The notes beneath the pieces were generated by a model. It saw only the letters and a list, made by a program, of their open reading frames with translations, had not been told where the DNA came from and ran no database searches. 64,000 bases of DNA from Balanoglossus misakiensis. Its lineage: Eukaryota; Animalia; Hemichordata. Positions 48,701-63,546 of the stretch are shown in pieces. A program made the position numbers and the translations under genes. The stretch lies in NCBI GenBank assembly GCA_040954595.2, contig CM082588.2, forward strand, positions 2,392,144 through 2,456,143, written 5' to 3'. The first letter of the stretch is position 1, and every line of letters begins with the position of its first letter.

Positions 48701-51700
48701 CGTGAGGAGACTGAACAGGGGTGCTAAATCCATCATTAGACGACGACTGTGATGTCGGCTGACTTTGGCTGGTGCTCGTAGCAGCCACGTTTCCCTGACT
48801 GCTTTCTAAGCCTGACGGCAAATCATCGATCGCGCCCGACAAGTCCTGCGGAAGAAACAGTAAATTTTCCGTCAAAGCAAATGTGAAATATTACCAGAAC
48901 AAAACAACTCCCACTTCATCTTAAATGTCAATTTGTCCACACGAGTCTATAAATTATAAACAGTGCAGGGCTTCAGTTTTCTCAAACAACATCTGTGGAG
49001 GAGGTAGTGTTTGTTTATCTACCTACTTCATAACAACTAGAACAACTGTAAATGTGTAATTAATGCTTTAAAAATTTGTATTTTTAGCTGCAATTAGAAT
49101 CTCAATGAAGTTGAATTGTTTAGCTAATTAAAATCTCAATGAAGTCGACTTGTAAGAGGTTTCCTTTTCAGCACTGATGCATGTAGAAAACATACGTGGA
49201 CGCGTCACGTAAACAATGGGATTGGACATTAAAAGATGTAGGGCATGATTACCCAAGAAGACTTACAGGTTGACCTTGCGATAGAAAAGTCAAGAGTTTT
49301 TTATGCCTGGATGAACACGGCTCTCACAACATTGAGTCATTCAAATGATTTTAGAATCATCTAAGTCGAGGTTTAATGGACACGTGGGGGCTTCCCCGTA
49401 CATCTACTTAGGCAAAAGCACTGGCAACACCTTGAGGTCATAAAAGCCAAATGCCTGACACAATCCCCAGGAGACGCGAATCAAAAAATCATTTAACCAC
49501 ATAAATCACAACTTGCCGGTTCAAGTTATGGCATCATCTGCAACAGATGTAATATACGGTGAAGCAATTTTTATGCCTTGAAGGCTGTTTTTTTAAGTCA
49601 AAGCCAATAATTTTCTTCCACTAGATGTAAAGAAACCATGTTTACCCGCAGGCTTGGGAAAGAACAATTATAGACTTAACCCTTTTACCCCATTTGCCAA
49701 CATATGGATTCAACCGTGCCATTAAAGACAATGGGATCTGGGGCAAATTGCCGTGATGAAAAGGTTGATTGGACCGGGAAGCAAATTATACTGCGTCTGG
49801 GATTCTGTCCCCTCCCACCCAAAAAACTCAGTATGATTTTAACGAGCCATTTATGACGAATTGCAAGCAATTACCACCATGTCATAACTACAGTACTTAT
49901 AGAGAAGTGCCATTCATATTAATTTGAGTAAATGGGGGCTGCCATCCTTGTCGTGATTGTACTGAGCATCTCCAGAGAGTGGAGGATGATTGCAAGACCC
50001 CAACTGTTGTGTTGTCACAATAGATTACCACCACCACTGCACCATAGTGTGCATTCTGACCATAGGGGCTGCCATCAAAATTTCACAATGACCCTCACTG
50101 CATTAGAACTCTCTCACAGTAAAAGCCTCAGCTTTCATTAACAGTTTGTGTCCATTCGAGCACATGTTCACAGATTTAATTTCCATCTAATGCTGGTGTC
50201 ATTTGTGAGATTTTGCACAACTCAGAAAGAAATGCATAGTCTATGGTCCGATACACAGAAAAAATTCAAAACATTACAAAGTGGGAAAACCTGTTCCAAC
50301 ACTAACTGTAGTTCAAACCACAATAAAACATTGCAGCTTAGGTGACAGCTGGTTTCATCAAAATAGTACACACATCCACCTTGCTGCAGCAAGTCCTGAC
50401 CCACTAACTTCGTGTTGGCCACCAGTAGAACCTACCACAGCGTGGATATAACAGGACTTTAACCCACCCCGAGTAAGGCTTAATTTTTACAGGCCATTTT
50501 ACACACCACAGAATATTGGATCTGGTTCTCTTAGTGGACACGACTATACTCCACGGGCGATAATATGGTTTTTTAGGGTTAGGGTTAGGAGGGTTAGGGT
50601 TAGGGTTAAATTCACCCTCACATTGCCACCCCTAACCCTCCTAACCCTAACCCTAACTCACCCTCATTGCCATGGTATCGTTGCCATGGGGTATAGTCGT
50701 GTCCACTAAGAGAACCAGATCCAGAATATTTCAGTGCTGAAGAAAATATTTATTCATGGAATAAAATTAAATACTTAGCTCTTGATTGATAAATTTGGGC
50801 AAAAATTCAAAAAATAAATAAGAGATGAGATTAGCACACAATGCAAGAGCAGACACCAACCGGAATAATTTTTTTCCCTCAGCCCACATCCTCTTAACAC
50901 AGCGTACTACCATAGTAGTGTGTGATGCCATTTAAAAACCAATGATTACATTCAATGTTTGACCTATTAACCCCAAACTTCAGTCGGCTTTTGGTTCAGA
51001 CTTGGGTGTTTTGTGGGACGGTCGGTCTTATGAGACTGCACTATAAAAGCTCTATATTCCCCTTTAACCCAGAGTATTTCAAATGGAGAATGGCAACATA
51101 TCCACTCAACAGAACCCAACCCATCTCGTAGATTTCACTTTAACGTAGATTTCACTTTAAAAAAAAATAATTTTAAATGCCGGTAATAGGGAAACAGTTT
51201 TAATTGTCCTAAGACTGCAGTGAATTAAGTCTTTGTTCTTTGTTTCAGATCAAATAAGTGAATGAAATGTGGAAACCTTGAAAAAGTGACACAGAAACTC
51301 CAGATAAGCTGGCTAGCTCTGCACAAAAGACTGGACTGGAACGCCGGTGTATAAATAGTCCCCCAACACTATAAAAATACAACTACAATTATTTCTTTCT
51401 TTCAGAGACAAAAATATATGAAAGCCGAATGAGCAGAGAGAGAGAGAGAGAGAAATGCCAAGGAACTGTAATTTTCCTCTTTTTTCCCAGATACTCACAC
51501 TTTGCGAGGCAGGAACTGAAGTTCAGCTTGTGTGGCGTTCACTGGCTGTGACTGACTAATGCATTATTGCACCCCGCAAACGCTACCTCTCACAGCAGTG
51601 AGAGAAATGAACCCACTCATTTGCATATCCCAATCGTGTTCAAACCTAGCACCAAACGCCACAATGTGAATATTTTCATAACAGGATTTTTTTTTCTGAA

Positions 51701-54700
51701 TTCGCATCTGCCAATAGATTTCGAGCGCCGGCCCTGCCTTCCAGTTGGCCGTGTCACTCTTCATCAATGGAACTCATAAGTCTGGGTTAGATCGGCCCCT
51801 ACTATTTCACTTCTACAGGAGAAATTTCTCCATTTCCAATAGCCTTGGCACGGCAAAGGCTGGTAAAACGCTCTCAATACCTTCATGTGCCCTATTGTTC
51901 ACAACCATTTAGACTGAAAGCCTAATGGTTTATTTATAAGGCAGCCTCATTTGCATAAAAAAGTAGTTCCGGGCCTGCTTCAATCTATGTCCATATTCCA
52001 ACCTAGGGGATGAAAAACACTCTGACTTGGGGCTTTTTTATAGAGTTTTGACTGGAGTTTCAGTTCACAATACCAATCAGAATTAAATATAACAAATTAT
52101 AAATTTAACTGGACACATTTTTGAAATCCGCCCTACTCCCCGTGTCCCTTTTCGCATTTCACCAGAAACTGCAACATAATAAATGAAAATAAACAAAGGG
52201 AATTTGCAGTTAGATATTAAAAGCACAGAGTTTAAGGGGGATATAGTCATTCTGATTTTCTATCCATTGCAAAGCAGCTTTATTTTTCAAATCTGCTTAT
52301 TTTCTCAAATGAGAAGATCCCACATTTTACCAATTCAGGTGCTTAGACCAAATTTGAGTCACTCTGAACAGAGGAAAAAGGTCAACTCTTAACAATGGAG
52401 GGCACAGCAGAAGGGCTGGGTTTCTATTCACGTCGAGGATAATGCTGAAATTGACTTCTCGTTAAAAGATCCTCTGAAGAAGTTACAAACTTTTCACCCA
52501 TCTTGTTTGCATATATTGCTACTGTTACATATCTGTCCCGTTCAACACATACCGCTGGGGAGATTTTCCTCAAATAGTCAGATTTATCCCAATTTTTCAC
52601 ATAATATTCCCACACCTTCCTTATATACACACAAAATGATAAATGGCTACTTTCGATCATTAAATGTTAATAAAATCAAAAACTCGTTTCTTAAATATCC
52701 TGTTTAAATCTACATCATTTAATTATTCATTGTGTAATTCTAATGATTCCTTTCTCACTCACTGATTTCGATAATGACATTATAAAATCATTTTTTTAAT
52801 ATCTTTCATATAACTAAATCGTTCTGCTTGCAAGAATATTTGGTGTATCTTAACAAAATCAATTATTAATGTGTCCTAGATTCAAAATCACATTCCAAGG
52901 TCAAAACCAAACTCCTTCCTAGTAAACACAAAATTTGCATAATTAATTACAATTACATGTACTGCTAATTCGACTGTAGTAAAGGTTACATAAGGCCACT
53001 GTGTCCTGCACTTTTTGCAAGAGAAGTAAAAAAAATTATTGAGATGGAAAAGATTTGAGATGATCAAGCAAGTTATTATTAATGCCACAGACTGTCACAC
53101 AAATTTTAAAACTCCAGTTTTCTGATACAATTGAAAATGACAGGTGGCTTGAGGGGAAATAGAGAGACGATTCTTCACTTGCGTAGGTACCAGAGTTTCC
53201 CCCGTCAATGAACTGGACAATGTGAATCTCAGATGACTGTAACCAACTTGAGACCTTCGACCTCTGCCCTCCGAGGTCACCGGGATATCCACGTTTTGAT
53301 TTCACTGATAAATTGCTGGTAACCTGTACGGTCGGGGTTAACGTTACACTAATGTGGGACACAAAATACCTCACAGACAACTTAAGCCATGCTGACTGTA
53401 ATGACGGACTACTCACTGACATCAAAAATGCATTGACAGTATTCTAAAATTTTGTATACACACAAAAATAACACATTTTTAAATTTTTTTAACCCATAAT
53501 TATCTTCTCACAAGCTTGGATATATTTCAACAGGATTTCCATTCAGGTAAATTCTGTCCAAGTTACATTCTAACAAGTTTAATAAATTCGCAGATTTTTA
53601 TGTTTGAGAGACGTTGATTTATGGAGTAAAAATTCATGATTTTTCTTCCCCTTCAGGTTCAAGAATTTCCATTTACCACCATCAGAAACAGTAATGTCCA
53701 CAAGTACAGTAAAATAAATTGTCCAAACTATCTTTGTGGATCTTGCGCCGGCAATCATGACTGACGAGACTTGATGTAAACCTTCAATGATGGCAGGATT
53801 TTATCAAGATGATCACAGAGATAATCATTTCTGTAAGTGCAGTTCTCTCAAAATATTATTAGCAGCTTCATGCAAAGAACTTTTTAACCTCCTTGCAGTA
53901 ATTTCATATTCACATATTCAAGTCAATACAAAATAGCCAAACTATTTGGAAAGTCAGTGGCACAAACCTTGCCAGCAAGTTCAGTTAAATTGGGCAAAAG
54001 AAGAAGTACACTCCGGGTAATGTTGTTTTGACAAGACTGAGGCTCGTTATTTCTCTATCATTTATCAAATTCAGTCATAATTTTAACTCACACACTGGTT
54101 GACATGTGTTAAAGGCATACAAATGGCAAGGGTAGATTTCATGTGGCACTTGTTAGCAGTGTTGCTCGACTCAAACAAGAGACGTTTTTATATCCACACA
54201 ACCAAGTTATGTCACCCTGTGTCCACAACCAGTATACTTCCACATGTACCGTATACAAAGGTCAGGCGCAGACCGGACACTGAGCATATTTATTTGGCAG
54301 TCTGTGTAGGCAAGTCGGCAAAGATGGCTGGGATTTACCCCTTTCACCAACATAGTCCAGTCTAAACCCATTGTTTTCTGTGGTAAGGTTGGACCACTAA
54401 AGAGGAAACCAGATTTTTTTTAATATTCAAAAAAGGCCAATTACCTATCACACACAGTCACGCACAAACTGGATGTGCTATAAATCTACACACACAAGCA
54501 CTCAGCCTCTCACAAATTGATCACGCAAGCACAACACATCCCTCGTTGTACGACATGATGGACAACTTACTGGTAAGCTAGGGGGCCTCTGCATCACCCC
54601 AATATCTTCTTGCTGAGCTGGCATGGGCGGCATCACCGCTTGCTGCCCCCTAGGATGGCTTCCACTCATCATTTGAGATTGCTGCATTAGAATCATCAAA

Positions 54701-55380
54701 AGAGGACAGGGGAAAAAAGATTTAATATACCTTAAAAAGTGGGAAGTTTCTGTCAACAACGGGATATTCTTGTGGGGAAAAAATATATATACCAATCTCA
54801 TAATTTGGGTCACTGCTGTTTGAATTTTGTGTGTATATCTGTGATTTTAAATTTAGGTCACTCATATAGAAAACAATCTGGCTCAATTACTTTTGCAAAC
54901 CCATATATTCACTTTGCAAAGCCATATATTTACCCACTTTCAAAGCTGTTAAAAAAGCAAACTATGGTCTATATTAATACATATCTTTAACAAAAAACGG
55001 AGAATACCAAAAACACTTCTGGTAAAGTGGAAAGATAGGGACACAACACATTAAACATTCAGGTCATTTTTTTCAGTGGAGGGAATTTTTGAGTGCTAAA
55101 ATGTAGATGTGGCAATCTTTTGAAAATCAAGATCAAGCACAGCAAAAATATGGATTTCGACAGAAAAAAAACTGCTCCCCCTGTCACTACAGTTGTATTT
55201 AGATATACCTATATATATGGTCAGACAACAGCTGGAAGAGCTATTCCATCTGCATCTCGAAATCCCTAACCCTAATACAACATGGCAGGCCCCCATCATC
55301 AACACAACAAAATGTCTCAAGGATTTCCTTTACCTGAGGTGGCATGGGCTGTCCCTGTTGCTGTTGCTGGTTCCATTGCT

Positions 55381-55411
<31 letters not shown>

Positions 55412-58400
55412 TTGTTGCATCATGTAAGGTGACTGTTGTTGTTGTTGTTGTTGCTGCTGTTGGTTGTAATTTGTCTGTTGACCCTGCTGCCCGTAGTGTT
55501 GTGGCATCTAAAAAACACACAGACACGAATTTGGAGAGTTACACCTCAACAAAATGAAACACATTTGGTTTTATTATATATCCAGTAACATATTCATTCA
55601 TGTTTCCTGAGGGGTCACAGTCACTGATTTTGAAAAAGATATCACAAAACAATGGCGTTCACAGTTCGACTGGAAGTCAATTTGAAGGCAACCAAACTAC
55701 CGGGAATCAAGCATTTTCCATCCATGTTCCGCCTACAAGCAGCGGCATCCCTGCTTTGAGGCAGACACACAGACACACTCGCACAGGTTACAGAGGCTAG
55801 CACTGTTGGCATGGCAACATCAGTCAACGACTCCTATTCACGCTAACTGGCAGTGACAAGCTGAGTCAGTAACCTTGTTCCCAAATGATTTTCCAGGAGT
55901 CTGATTGTAAAGTCTTTCAAAGACTGTAAAAGTTAAACCGGTAATTAAATAACCTCTACAGGTTATGGCATCCAGACAGCAGACACGACAACATCCACGA
56001 ACACTATCCTTCTGTCAAAGCAAAATTATTTCCAGGATTCAGAGTATCTTATAAGCAAGACACAAATTTAAACTTGCCCAAGACAAAAATAGAGACATGT
56101 ATTTCCAAGGAGAAGGATAGCTTCAAGAGATAGGCACAGAAAATTCAGCCATAATTTCTTCTTTCTGCTGGTTCCGTTCTACATAAATCACAGTACCATA
56201 ATACGCTATTTTTGAACATACATGTCTACAATCACAGATTCCTTTTTTTCTGTGTACCCCAGCTTGTGTGGTACTTTGCTGACTCTCACAAGAGTATATA
56301 CCCATCATGAAAGTTACAGGTAACGAACTCTAGCAGCAGGCTACGAGCCAAACCAAAGCACAGAGCCTGTTGGAATTCACCACAGAGGATTTGAGAGAGC
56401 CTATAGAAATGCCCGTCTTGTCTAGTTTGCCTTGACTGGCTGAGCAGTGTGTGCCGTTCAATGGAGACCCTACTGGCTTCTGTGAAAAGACCGGCCCACA
56501 ATAGCTCAGCTGTGGCAAGCTCAAACATGCCCAGGCAATCTATAATTCCTGCTGCATAATAGCTGCACAATTCTCTCTTTAGTCGTTCATGCCCAGCCAA
56601 GGTAAAATGTTTGCACACACGCACACAGCGCTGTCCCCCCTCCCTCTCACATTGACAGGCAACACCAGGGGCTCTCGTGAATGCAGACAGAACAGGCTCT
56701 GGGTTGTTTGTCTTTTTCCTGATACAACGCACTTATGACGAGTTTACCAAAACAACACAGGCACGCACACACACGCACGATTCTGGCACACCACCTCACC
56801 TGTTGCTGTTGATACTGGCTGTGTTGACCAGGCATTCCGGGTGTGGGCTGTGGCCTATGCTGTCCCGGTGACATGCCAAATCTTTGCGGAGTTCCTCCGG
56901 GGTAAGGTCTGCCGGAATATTGGCCCTGCTGTTGATATGGATTAGTAGAGGCCGGCATCATGTATCCCTGTCGCTTCTGTAGGTCCATCATTCCAGGCAT
57001 CTGGAAAAGAACGAAATCAAGTCACACATGATATGTACACATAGGTACATGCAGCCTTACTCGTCAAAAATCAGAAATTTCTCAGATGAAGAAAGTAGCT
57101 ATTCTTATCAAAGCGAGTCCACAATGACTTTGCCCCTTCTGGGCTCTTCCATTCTTCCAATGCCATTGTTCTTGTTATCACAAATAATACCCTCAGGTAA
57201 CACTGATGCCGTCAAAGTTAAAAGACTTCTGAAGTTCTTGTGAGATAAGGTTTTTTGTGTGTGCGCTGAAGACAGAAACCAATTTTGACTGTGATAATTT
57301 GATAATCATGAAGTTTATTTCCAAAAGGAATATAGCGTTCTATTTTTGGTGATGTGGTTGCTTCCAAACGTATCTCCACGATACACTTGGTACTGAATCT
57401 GTGCACAGCAATCTTTGGAATGAAATTCACCAACAAAATGTCCATCTCTGAAATAATATCGCTTCATAATTTCAGACTCTTAGTTATAACCACATTCATT
57501 GTGTAAAAGCTAAGTGACGCACATGTATTCCCAGGAAACAGAAAGTATAATCAGTTTTCCAATTACATATTCTGATCATTTTGATTCAAAAGGAATTTCT
57601 TATTTTGCTCCAACATAAATTTGGAGCACTAACAAATTTTCTGTATGATCTATAAAGCACTGGATGTAAACACGGAACGTGGGCAAACGAACAACATCAC
57701 GGAAAACAGGATCACAATGTTGAATGCTCAAGAAACCTCAGAGGACAATGTACATGGAACATCACATACGCCAACACTAGAACCAGCTGGTTATTTGGTA
57801 ACAGTGCCAGCAGATAAGTCTCCCGGCAAAGCAAGTTTCCGACAGAAATATAATAAGGCTACCAATACAGCAAGGTTAGACTATTACATTAGGACAGCTA
57901 TCCATCCATGTGTTGACACACCTATGTCAGGATTTAGATCAATATCACCCAACAATTAATGCCTAATTAATTTATAAGCCTGCCAATAATCCAATAGACT
58001 GAGCATTATCTATTGGTATTTGATGGGATTACACAGTCTCTCCCTCCAGGTGCCAGATCTAAGGTCACTGACCTCAAAAGAATAATACATGTGTCGCAGC
58101 CAGACCCATAACCACCAGGTACTCGGGAATTCCTGTCATAATGAAACCATCCAATTTACATAACAATAGCCCAGATCTGGGGGATGCCCCCAAGTTCAAT
58201 ATGTTTATTTAAAGGAACCAGTAAAACCTGACACCCTAGCTGCCCGGGAAACTCATCAAGTGGTGACCCCCTTTTCAATGGCTTTTATCAAAATTTAATG
58301 ACTGGCATACTCAACCAGAGAGCAGGAATCTCCTCTGTACTGTGATAAAAGATATGATTTACAGAGCCCCAGGGAATCCTCTATAGCACCCAAGAGGTGG

Positions 58401-61400
58401 CCCTATTACTTATCAACACTTGTATATAACAATTCCAACAGACAAAGAGATGTTTGAGCCTTTGACATTACATGACACAATCTCCATGACAAATCACAAC
58501 AAATGATGAAAATTAATTGGTGTTTGACTTTTGGCTTTTTCCCCTTATTACGGAGTGGAGCTAGAGTGTCCAAACTGGATGCTGATAAACACACTACCGT
58601 ACGTGTACATTGCTGCATGTCTGTTTCCCATCTTCATTTAAATTTTTTCCAAGGACAATTTTAAGAAACTGGGTCTACCACAACTCCGCCTGTTCATAGT
58701 ATGAGATGCTGGAATTATTTGACTCCCACGATTTCTTGCATCTTCCGATCTACAATGTCTTACTTCTGTGATGACTCCCATATTTTTGTCCTAGCAAATT
58801 TGGACTAAACCCTGGTGTTGGCAGGCTTACTCCAGGATGAACACGACACCTACGGAGTTACAATGCATGGTGAGGAAATTGCTTTTCAAGTTCTCATTTC
58901 CGTACAATGCAGTTTTCAATTTTCTGCCTCCACTGGACACCATGGATCATAAACAGTGACAGAATGGGGTTGATCATAATTTTCACCTCGATATATCGCC
59001 TACTTAATTTTGCCAGGTGTCGCAAGTTTACCACAAGACGAAGAGTGATCACAACAACAGAGAAAACAGAGTGAAAAGTCCAATTTTCGGCATTATTTTG
59101 GCCAATAGCAAATCAGTGCAGGCCCATGACCTTGGGAGAAACAGGATTAAACTGCACAGCCAACCCACGCAAACCAAAATAAAACCCACCATGATTTCAT
59201 TGAAAGCTACAAACTCACCACTGCATTGAATGCTCCGTGTATCAGGCCCTATAGCAGCATTTTCAATTTCACATTACCCCACCCACCGCCTTTGTAAAGC
59301 ATTGGCCTTGGTCTTATCGCTGAGCTGAAACACATTTTCCAGCGCGTAATGACTGCTTCCCTGGTCGGGAGACAGCATGTACAAACCTTTTACTCTCATT
59401 CACTCTAGGACAAACCTGATTTGCATCATCAAACATGCTTTCTTTTTCTCTGAAGAAAAAAATTGCTTCTTTTTCAACTGTTTAAGTCATAAGCGACCTT
59501 GGTAGACATATAACATGTTGACAAAATGAGCACTATCTATGAAACGTCTGCTCTTCTTTCAGAAACTCAATGATTTTATATTTTTGCACCCGGAAGCTAG
59601 CTACCAATGCCTTGTATCAATCCCAACTGCTGGTCCATTGAAAGAGATTCAAAATCCCGACTGCTAGGCCTGACCAAAGTGTATCAAACATACAGCCTTG
59701 TGTTATCACAGACAGTACACAATGTCACTATTTGTGGGTGTTCTATGCAATTCACAGCCCGCATGCTATTGCTATCCCCACAGAAGACAACCTTCAGCTG
59801 AACACACGCGATTCAATACAGTCTCCTCCTGAGGCCACCGTCTTTCTCACAGGGTCACGTGACTGCCTTCATTATTACAACAAAATAAATGTGGAGGAAT
59901 AAATTGCAGTTTAATGCCCTCGGTGGAATCCCCACAGTTGCTTGTACGCCACCAAGGGATTGGAACAAGACAAATTTTCAACACCATGGTTGATAATACG
60001 ACTTTACATTTCCATGCCATCCTCTCTCCGTTTTCTCATTTGCAGTAAATTTATCAACGGCAGCCAAGTCTACTATACTTACCAGGAACTTTCTACTGGT
60101 TCAGTGGTTGCAGGTCACTCGACTTGGCAACAGTAGAAAAACTCTCCTTGCCAAGTACCTCATGACACATCTCTCACAAACAAGAGGTCGCGATCTTGCC
60201 GACTTGTCTGACACCCGACAACTATTCAAAGCCGTGTGAATGTGAGTAATTAAACACCTCCCCAGTGATAGGATTTATTCACGAAGAAAGAAAAAGAAAA
60301 CTCGACCCGAATAGTCACTGGCATCTTCCCACAATGCATAAGCTCCTTTTGTGGCCACCAAACAAAACAATATCATGACAACAATGGGGCCGGGACGCAC
60401 ATACTACACACTGCTTTGCCCATGGTAATCATCTCACATACCAGGGAAATAAAAAAAAAACCCTTGATGAATGAATAAGTACATTGATGAATGAACACTC
60501 AGAAAAAAAGCACATGGCTACTTAACATACAGAGTATCAACAAATCATACAAGCGTGCCATTTCAGTATGCTTGGTTAGCCAGGATTGCCAAGACTCCCA
60601 AAATCCATGGGCAAGTCCCCTTTTCATTGTGTTGCTTGATTTATATCCCGCAAGGCTGACTGGTTTTATTTACCAGTGTCCCTGACACACTGACTGAAAG
60701 TGCATGACATCTCTTGTTTTTTTAGACACAAGGCTGTGACTGCAACTGTTGATTTGCCATGCAGTGGACACAAACTTGAAATTAGACTTGTTCACCTCGC
60801 AAACCATAGTTGGAAAACCTACATGCAGCATACAAATGTACGTTGTTCTTTGACTGCTGTCACATACTGGTGTTCCTCCAAATAATTACAGACCCGTAGA
60901 TTATCTGAAACTTTTCACTATAAATATACGTCTACATACATATACATACAAGCACATAGATACATGTACTACACATATATGTATACCGGTACACATAATT
61001 TCTAGTCCATCTCTGGCCAACTATGGTTGGCAACGATAAGTCAAAATCGTGACTCCAGTTCCCTTCAATCCTGACCTGTACACAGGCAGCCACGATTTAT
61101 TTTCAGATAACATTCAGAGAGAAGCATGTTGTGTCTGGGCTAACTTTGGTCCGCCTAATTACTCCTTCTTGAGTCGTTTTCGCACCCAGCACGTGGTATG
61201 ACCTCTGACCTCTAGATACAGATTTCGATACATTTTGCCGTAATTATTTACACATTTTGCCACTTCAACTTCTGCACCGTTTCATTGGTAAGAAAACCGT
61301 TCTCCTTTTAAGTGTAAGAATCTATCCACACAAGCGTGAATTCAAAGGAATATAAATAGGAATGTTTGGTTAAATGATGAAAAATATATGTCAATTCACA

Positions 61401-63546
61401 CAGCCACAGTGACCCTTTCATAAAACAACTACAACCATATCCCAGGGCACCATCCTGACATGTCATTTGCGAGGAAGTCAGATTGATACATTCAACTCAA
61501 ATCAAGTTCATTTGTTACATGTTGTGAAACATACAACCTTTATTGCCCATGAAAATGAAATAGACAATTTCTAGTAGCTGTTAATACTGTCATCTTCTTC
61601 ATGAGCCACGTAGCTTGGTTTTGAGCTTTAAAAATTGAAATTAACAAAATATTTCAACGTCAGATGTCACATGACACACAAAAGTGACATAATCGAAAAC
61701 CCGATTATTTTATACCTACTTGAGTGCCAGTTATATTTCAAGACAATCAGAAATGTCTATACACACAAAAAGAATAATTTTTCCACAATACAGTTATGGA
61801 CAAAATATTCAAACACACACAAACAAATACAAGATAGTATGAAACCTACATAACGCCCATACACATGTATATCTTACCGCGCATGAACACCGATGTCAAC
61901 CTAAGAACCTGGGAGTCAATGTAATGTGTGTAAACATTTCAGGATGACAACACTGTAACCATATCAAGGTATTCCCACTGAGATATTATGACGAGTCAAT
62001 CTTGGCCGTTTTTTTGCAAGATCCAATAAATTAATGACGCGATTTGGGATGGAACGGTAAAGATGTGCCTGAGGGTAGGTTAAGCGATATTTTCAGTTGA
62101 GTAGTATTTGATAGTCGTAATGCCTATTCATGTCAATTATGTGACACCAAGTGTCAATGCAATGTTGCGGTATCATAATGCCATCCCTACCCATTAAATG
62201 AATAGCCTGCCAAGGGCTGGCAGCCAATCAACGCACACAATGCTAACAACCTACCCAGCTGTCTTCTGCCTTTCCCAATTTACCTCCAAATTCAAAAACT
62301 TCCATGCAGCCCTTTTCATTCATTCATGTCACCGCCGACCTAAGGGCTCACTCTGTGAAAAATTCCGCGGGAAATTCGCACGTACATCAGAAGAACTTAT
62401 CATGCCTCTGTATCATTTGCCCATTTCCTTATTTGCAAGCTCATTATACATGCATATTTGCCTGTGTCCCATTTCACACCTTTTGTCCATGAAAAAACAA
62501 CAACATCGATGCATTTCTAACGATTTTGTTGATTTTCAAGAATCACCGATTATACAAGTACTTACCTGGGCCCTGTTCATGCCTTGGCCTGGACCGATTC
62601 CTCCCATATTTTGATGAGGATGTTGGCTTCTTTGTGTGCTCCCCCACTGTTGACCGTACGGCGTTGAACCGCTCACTTCCGGTGCCTTCCCCATTCCTTG
62701 GCCGTATTCGCCCTGGCCAGGGTACATATTAGGGTATCCCTGGTTCAGGTTTGGTTTTTGTCCCTGTAAAAGCTGTGAAAGTGTCGGAGCTTGGCCGGCC
62801 GCGTGTCCACTACTGCCACCCATATAACGCTGCTGTTGTGGCGTTGTGTTATAATGGGGCGTCATGTTCGAGGCCGAGCTAGTCCGCGTGGGTATCCCAC
62901 TCATAGCATTGGAAGAGGTCGGATAACCCGTTCTTACGTTCCCAGTGTTGTCAAACTGATTATATTGACTCATACTCGCTGAATGTTGTCCCATGTTTGG
63001 GTTTGGACCCATATTCGTGGGTATATTTCCTGGGCCTGGACCGCCATGTTGTGTCTGATCCGCCATATTATAACTATTCCTATGGCTAGCACTACCAGTA
63101 TAGTAACTGTTCGGATACTGGCTCTGCGAGCCCGAATTTGGCGTAGAATTCATGCTACGGTTACCTTCCATGAGTTGATTTGGAATATTCTGTTCATAAT
63201 TGGGGTTATTTGCCATTTGGTAAGGCTCTACCCGTGTATCAAAGCCAGGTTGGTCGCATTTCACTCTGGCATTAGGATCACGACCACCACCACTACCACC
63301 ATCTTGATTGTTGTTATTTCCCTTTGTCACGAAGTCAACTTGTTCATTACCACTAGGTGATTTCAACCTATTACCCACCGTAGAAGTATCAGGTAGATTC
63401 GGGACGTTGTCCGCTGGTAGATCGTTTGTCCCAGGACTTGTCCGAGTGTTGAAATCCATAGAGTTTGGGTCCATCTCGGTTCCTGTCTGTCCTTGTGTGT
63501 TCATATCGTGTTCACAATTGACATTTGCAACCACTTGAGCTGCCAT
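39764..63546 (-). CDS. ARID1: AT-rich interactive domain protein 1 (ARID1A/ARID1B co-ortholog, osa/BAF250), SWI/SNF subunit; large multi-exon gene
   Basis: Exon 62566-63546 starts MAAQV and contains PTLSQLL (LxxLL). Exon 48602-48845 has DLSGAIDDLP. The ARID domain is at ~44560-45058 (LDLYKLYRAVKEKGG|VTKKKLWKEI...AAFTLRKHYNKYLLAFEC). ISIQDPFADD and FPPNCVESTTPVLK are present. The terminal exon 39764-~41537 encodes the BAF250_C region ([44 protein letters not shown]). Confidence 0.96.
50518..50722. mobile_element. 205-bp MITE with 32-bp perfect TIRs, 8-bp TSD and internal inverted telomeric repeats, in an ARID1 intron
   Basis: TIR ggatctggttctcttagtggacacgactatac at 50518-50549, exact reverse complement at 50691-50722. 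Direct repeat agaatatt at 50510-50517 and 50723-50730. TTAGGG array from 50573 and CCCTAA array at 50630-50656. Confidence 0.92.
51127..51160. repeat. Perfect 17-bp tandem duplication
   Basis: cgtagatttcactttaa twice in tandem. Confidence 0.8.
55355..55462 (-). repeat. Coding (CAA/CAG)n polyglutamine tracts in ARID1 exon 55334-55507
   Basis: Translates as NQQQQQQQQQQSPYMMQQQQQQQQQQQQQQWNQQQQQG. Confidence 0.9.

Noticed and set aside
50573-50656. Ancestral chromosome end-to-end fusion site
   Set aside because: The arrays are tiny, sit inside an intact gene's intron, and are enclosed by TIRs and a TSD, so transposition explains them
55264-55275. Two CCCTAA units
   Set aside because: Too short and without TIRs; expected by chance or decay
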